64,000 nucleotides of DNA. Origin: Beutenbergiaceae bacterium. Lineage in GTDB: Bacteria; Actinomycetota; Actinomycetes; Actinomycetales; Beutenbergiaceae. Position 1 is the stretch's first letter; each line of letters begins with the position of its first letter. The notes under the pieces are model-generated. The model ran no database searches. It was not told the origin of the DNA and saw nothing but the letters and a program-made list of their open reading frames with translations. Shown piece after piece: positions 62,420-64,000 of the stretch. The translations under genes were made by a program, and so were the position numbers. The stretch lies in assembly GCA_035302405.1 (NCBI GenBank), contig DATGSR010000064.1, positions 21,464-85,463 on the forward strand, given 5' to 3'.

Positions 62420-62723
62420 ACCGCTCCACCAGTTTGGCTCGCTGGTGCGGGCCCAGGCCCCGAACGCGACGGGACTCGGCAATGCCGATATCTCCCATGA
62501 CCTGCCGTGCGGTGACCTTCCCCACACCGGGCAAAGACTCCAGCAGCGATACCACCTTCAGTTTCCCGATCGCTTCGTCCGACCGGCCCTCCTCGAGGAC
62601 TTCGGAGAGGGTGGCCCCGGAGTACTTGAGGCGATTCTTCACCTCGGCGCGGGTGGCGCGAGCGGCTTTCGCCTTCTCCAACGCCTCCCTGCGTTGTTCG
62701 GGTGTCAAGGGTGGTAATGCCAC
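62412..62723 (-). CDS. mihF: Actinobacterial integration host factor
   Basis: ALPPLTPEQRREALEKA, LLESLPGVGKV, RRVRGLG. Confidence 0.95.
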   Translation of the reverse strand: MALPPLTPEQRREALEKAKAARATRAEVKNRLKYSGATLSEVLEEGRSDEAIGKLKVVSLLESLPGVGKVTARQVMGDIGIAESRRVRGLGPHQRAKLVERFG

Positions 62724-62830
62724 GGTGCTCGACCTCGATTCGACGGTACGGATGACAGGAAACCTAGCCCACGGCCTCGGTGCAGATCAATCGGCAGGTG
62801 CCGGTTGCAGCGCTGGTCCAGGCAGCTGCC

Positions 62831-63745
62831 TCAGGCGCGGCCGGTCGCACGGGCCACATCCGCTGCCAGCGCTCGAGCCGCGTCCGCCAGCGCCCGCGGG
62901 TCCGGCCCGGCCCGCAGCACGCTCCGGGAAGCGCTTGCGAGCACGGCCGGTAGCGCTGGGCCGAAGGTGTCGGCCAGTTGGGCGGCGTCGGCACCCTGGG
63001 CCCCCAGGCCGGGCGCCAGGAGGGGACCTTTGAACTGGGACAGTTCGGTACCGGTGACGCCGATCGCGTCTGCGACGGTAGCCCCCACCACCAGCCCCGC
63101 ATGTCCCCACCGCGCTCCCCCGGCCACTGCGAGAGCGTTGTCGGCGGCGGCCTGCCGGGCGATCTCAGCGGCCACCGTGGCGCCCCCCGCGGTGCGCGCG
63201 TGCTGCACCGAGGCGCCCTCGGGGTTGGAGGTCAGGCCAAGCACGAAGACCCCCCGACCGCTGCGGGCGGCGGCATCCAGGGCCGGCCGTAACGCTTCGT
63301 AGCCCACGTAGGCCGCCAGGGTCACCGCATCGGCGGCCAGGTCCGAACCGTCGCACAGGTACGCCTGGGCGTAGGCGGACATCGTCGATCCGATATCGCC
63401 TCGCTTGGCGTCCAGGATGCACACCACCCCGGCGGCTCGGGCCTGTGCCAGCACCTCGGCCAGGACCTGTACGCCGGCGCTGCCGAACCGTTCGAAGAAC
63501 GCGGCCTGAGGTTTCACCGCGGCCACGTGCGGACTGAGTGCTTCCAGGGCCCGCAGGCTGAACTCGCGGAGCCCTTCGGCGTCGTTCGGGTAACCCCACC
63601 GGCGTATTAGTTCAGCATGCGGGTCGATGCCCACGCACACCGGCCCGCGGGTGTCCATCGCCTGGGCGAGTCGGGTTCCGAAGGGTTCGGGTGCAGCGTC
63701 CGGAGCCGGTGCCGGGGTTGTCGATCCGGGTGTCGCAGGCATCAC
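62831..63745 (-). CDS. pyrF: Orotidine-5'-phosphate decarboxylase
   Basis: CVGIDPH, KPQAAFFE, LDAKRGDIGST, LAPGLGAQG. Confidence 0.96.
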   Translation of the reverse strand: MMPATPGSTTPAPAPDAAPEPFGTRLAQAMDTRGPVCVGIDPHAELIRRWGYPNDAEGLREFSLRALEALSPHVAAVKPQAAFFERFGSAGVQVLAEVLAQARAAGVVCILDAKRGDIGSTMSAYAQAYLCDGSDLAADAVTLAAYVGYEALRPALDAAARSGRGVFVLGLTSNPEGASVQHARTAGGATVAAEIARQAAADNALAVAGGARWGHAGLVVGATVADAIGVTGTELSQFKGPLLAPGLGAQGADAAQLADTFGPALPAVLASASRSVLRAGPDPRALADAARALAADVARATGRA

Positions 63746-64000
63746 GCCTCGTCCACAGCGGGTCCGGCGTCCTGCACCGGCCTGGTCTCGACCGCCGCCA
63801 AGCCCCCACCGGGGCGGGCGTACTCCTGCAGGGCGCGCACGGCGAACGGGCCGCGCCGCTGCGCCTCGATTCCCTGCACCGCAGCGCTGAACTGCTGCAT
63901 CGTGGTCACGATCGCGCGGTCCGCCACCGTGGTCGCAGTGCGGATATCGTGCCCGTCGGCGCGGGCGCGCCGGGAACCCGGGGTGTTGATCACCATGTCC
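63742..64000 (-). CDS. carB: Carbamoyl-phosphate synthase large subunit, C-terminal end (partial)
   Basis: DMVINTP...RADGHDIR...TT MGS-like domain immediately upstream of pyrF. Confidence 0.88.
   Translation of the reverse strand, partial: DMVINTPGSRRARADGHDIRTATTVADRAIVTTMQQFSAAVQGIEAQRRGPFAVRALQEYARPGGGLAAVETRPVQDAGPAVDEA

Overview
High-GC actinobacterial chromosomal segment (gene content and order resemble Micrococcales; this is an inference). Most of it is core housekeeping: scpA-parA-xerD, heme o synthase, tkt-tal-zwf-opcA, rbpA-like-secG-tpiA-pgk-gap-whiA-yvcK-rapZ-uvrC-uvrA, isocitrate lyase, helY-DAG kinase-tatC-tatA-pafC-pafB, hisG-hisE, rpe-rsmB-fmt-priA-metK-coaBC-rpoZ-gmk-mihF-pyrF-carB. 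The main accessory block (about 11.4-24.4 kb) is a selenocysteine module. It holds a formate dehydrogenase alpha subunit with an in-frame UGA plus SECIS hairpin (split into two ORFs in the ORF track), an Fe-S beta subunit, an NrfD-type membrane subunit, selD, tRNA-Sec (selC), selA, selB and fdhD, with a divergent ferritin gene. Other notable items: an FMN riboswitch over an ATPase-less ABC permease and binding-protein pair where riboflavin synthesis genes usually sit; no Pup-proteasome genes at their usual position; a promoter-driven structured non-coding RNA candidate at about 40.03-40.16 kb; many leaderless promoters; and about ten unrelated short tandem-repeat arrays, some copied from the adjacent gene end or promoter. 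All calls are by eye from the sequence; no searches were run.
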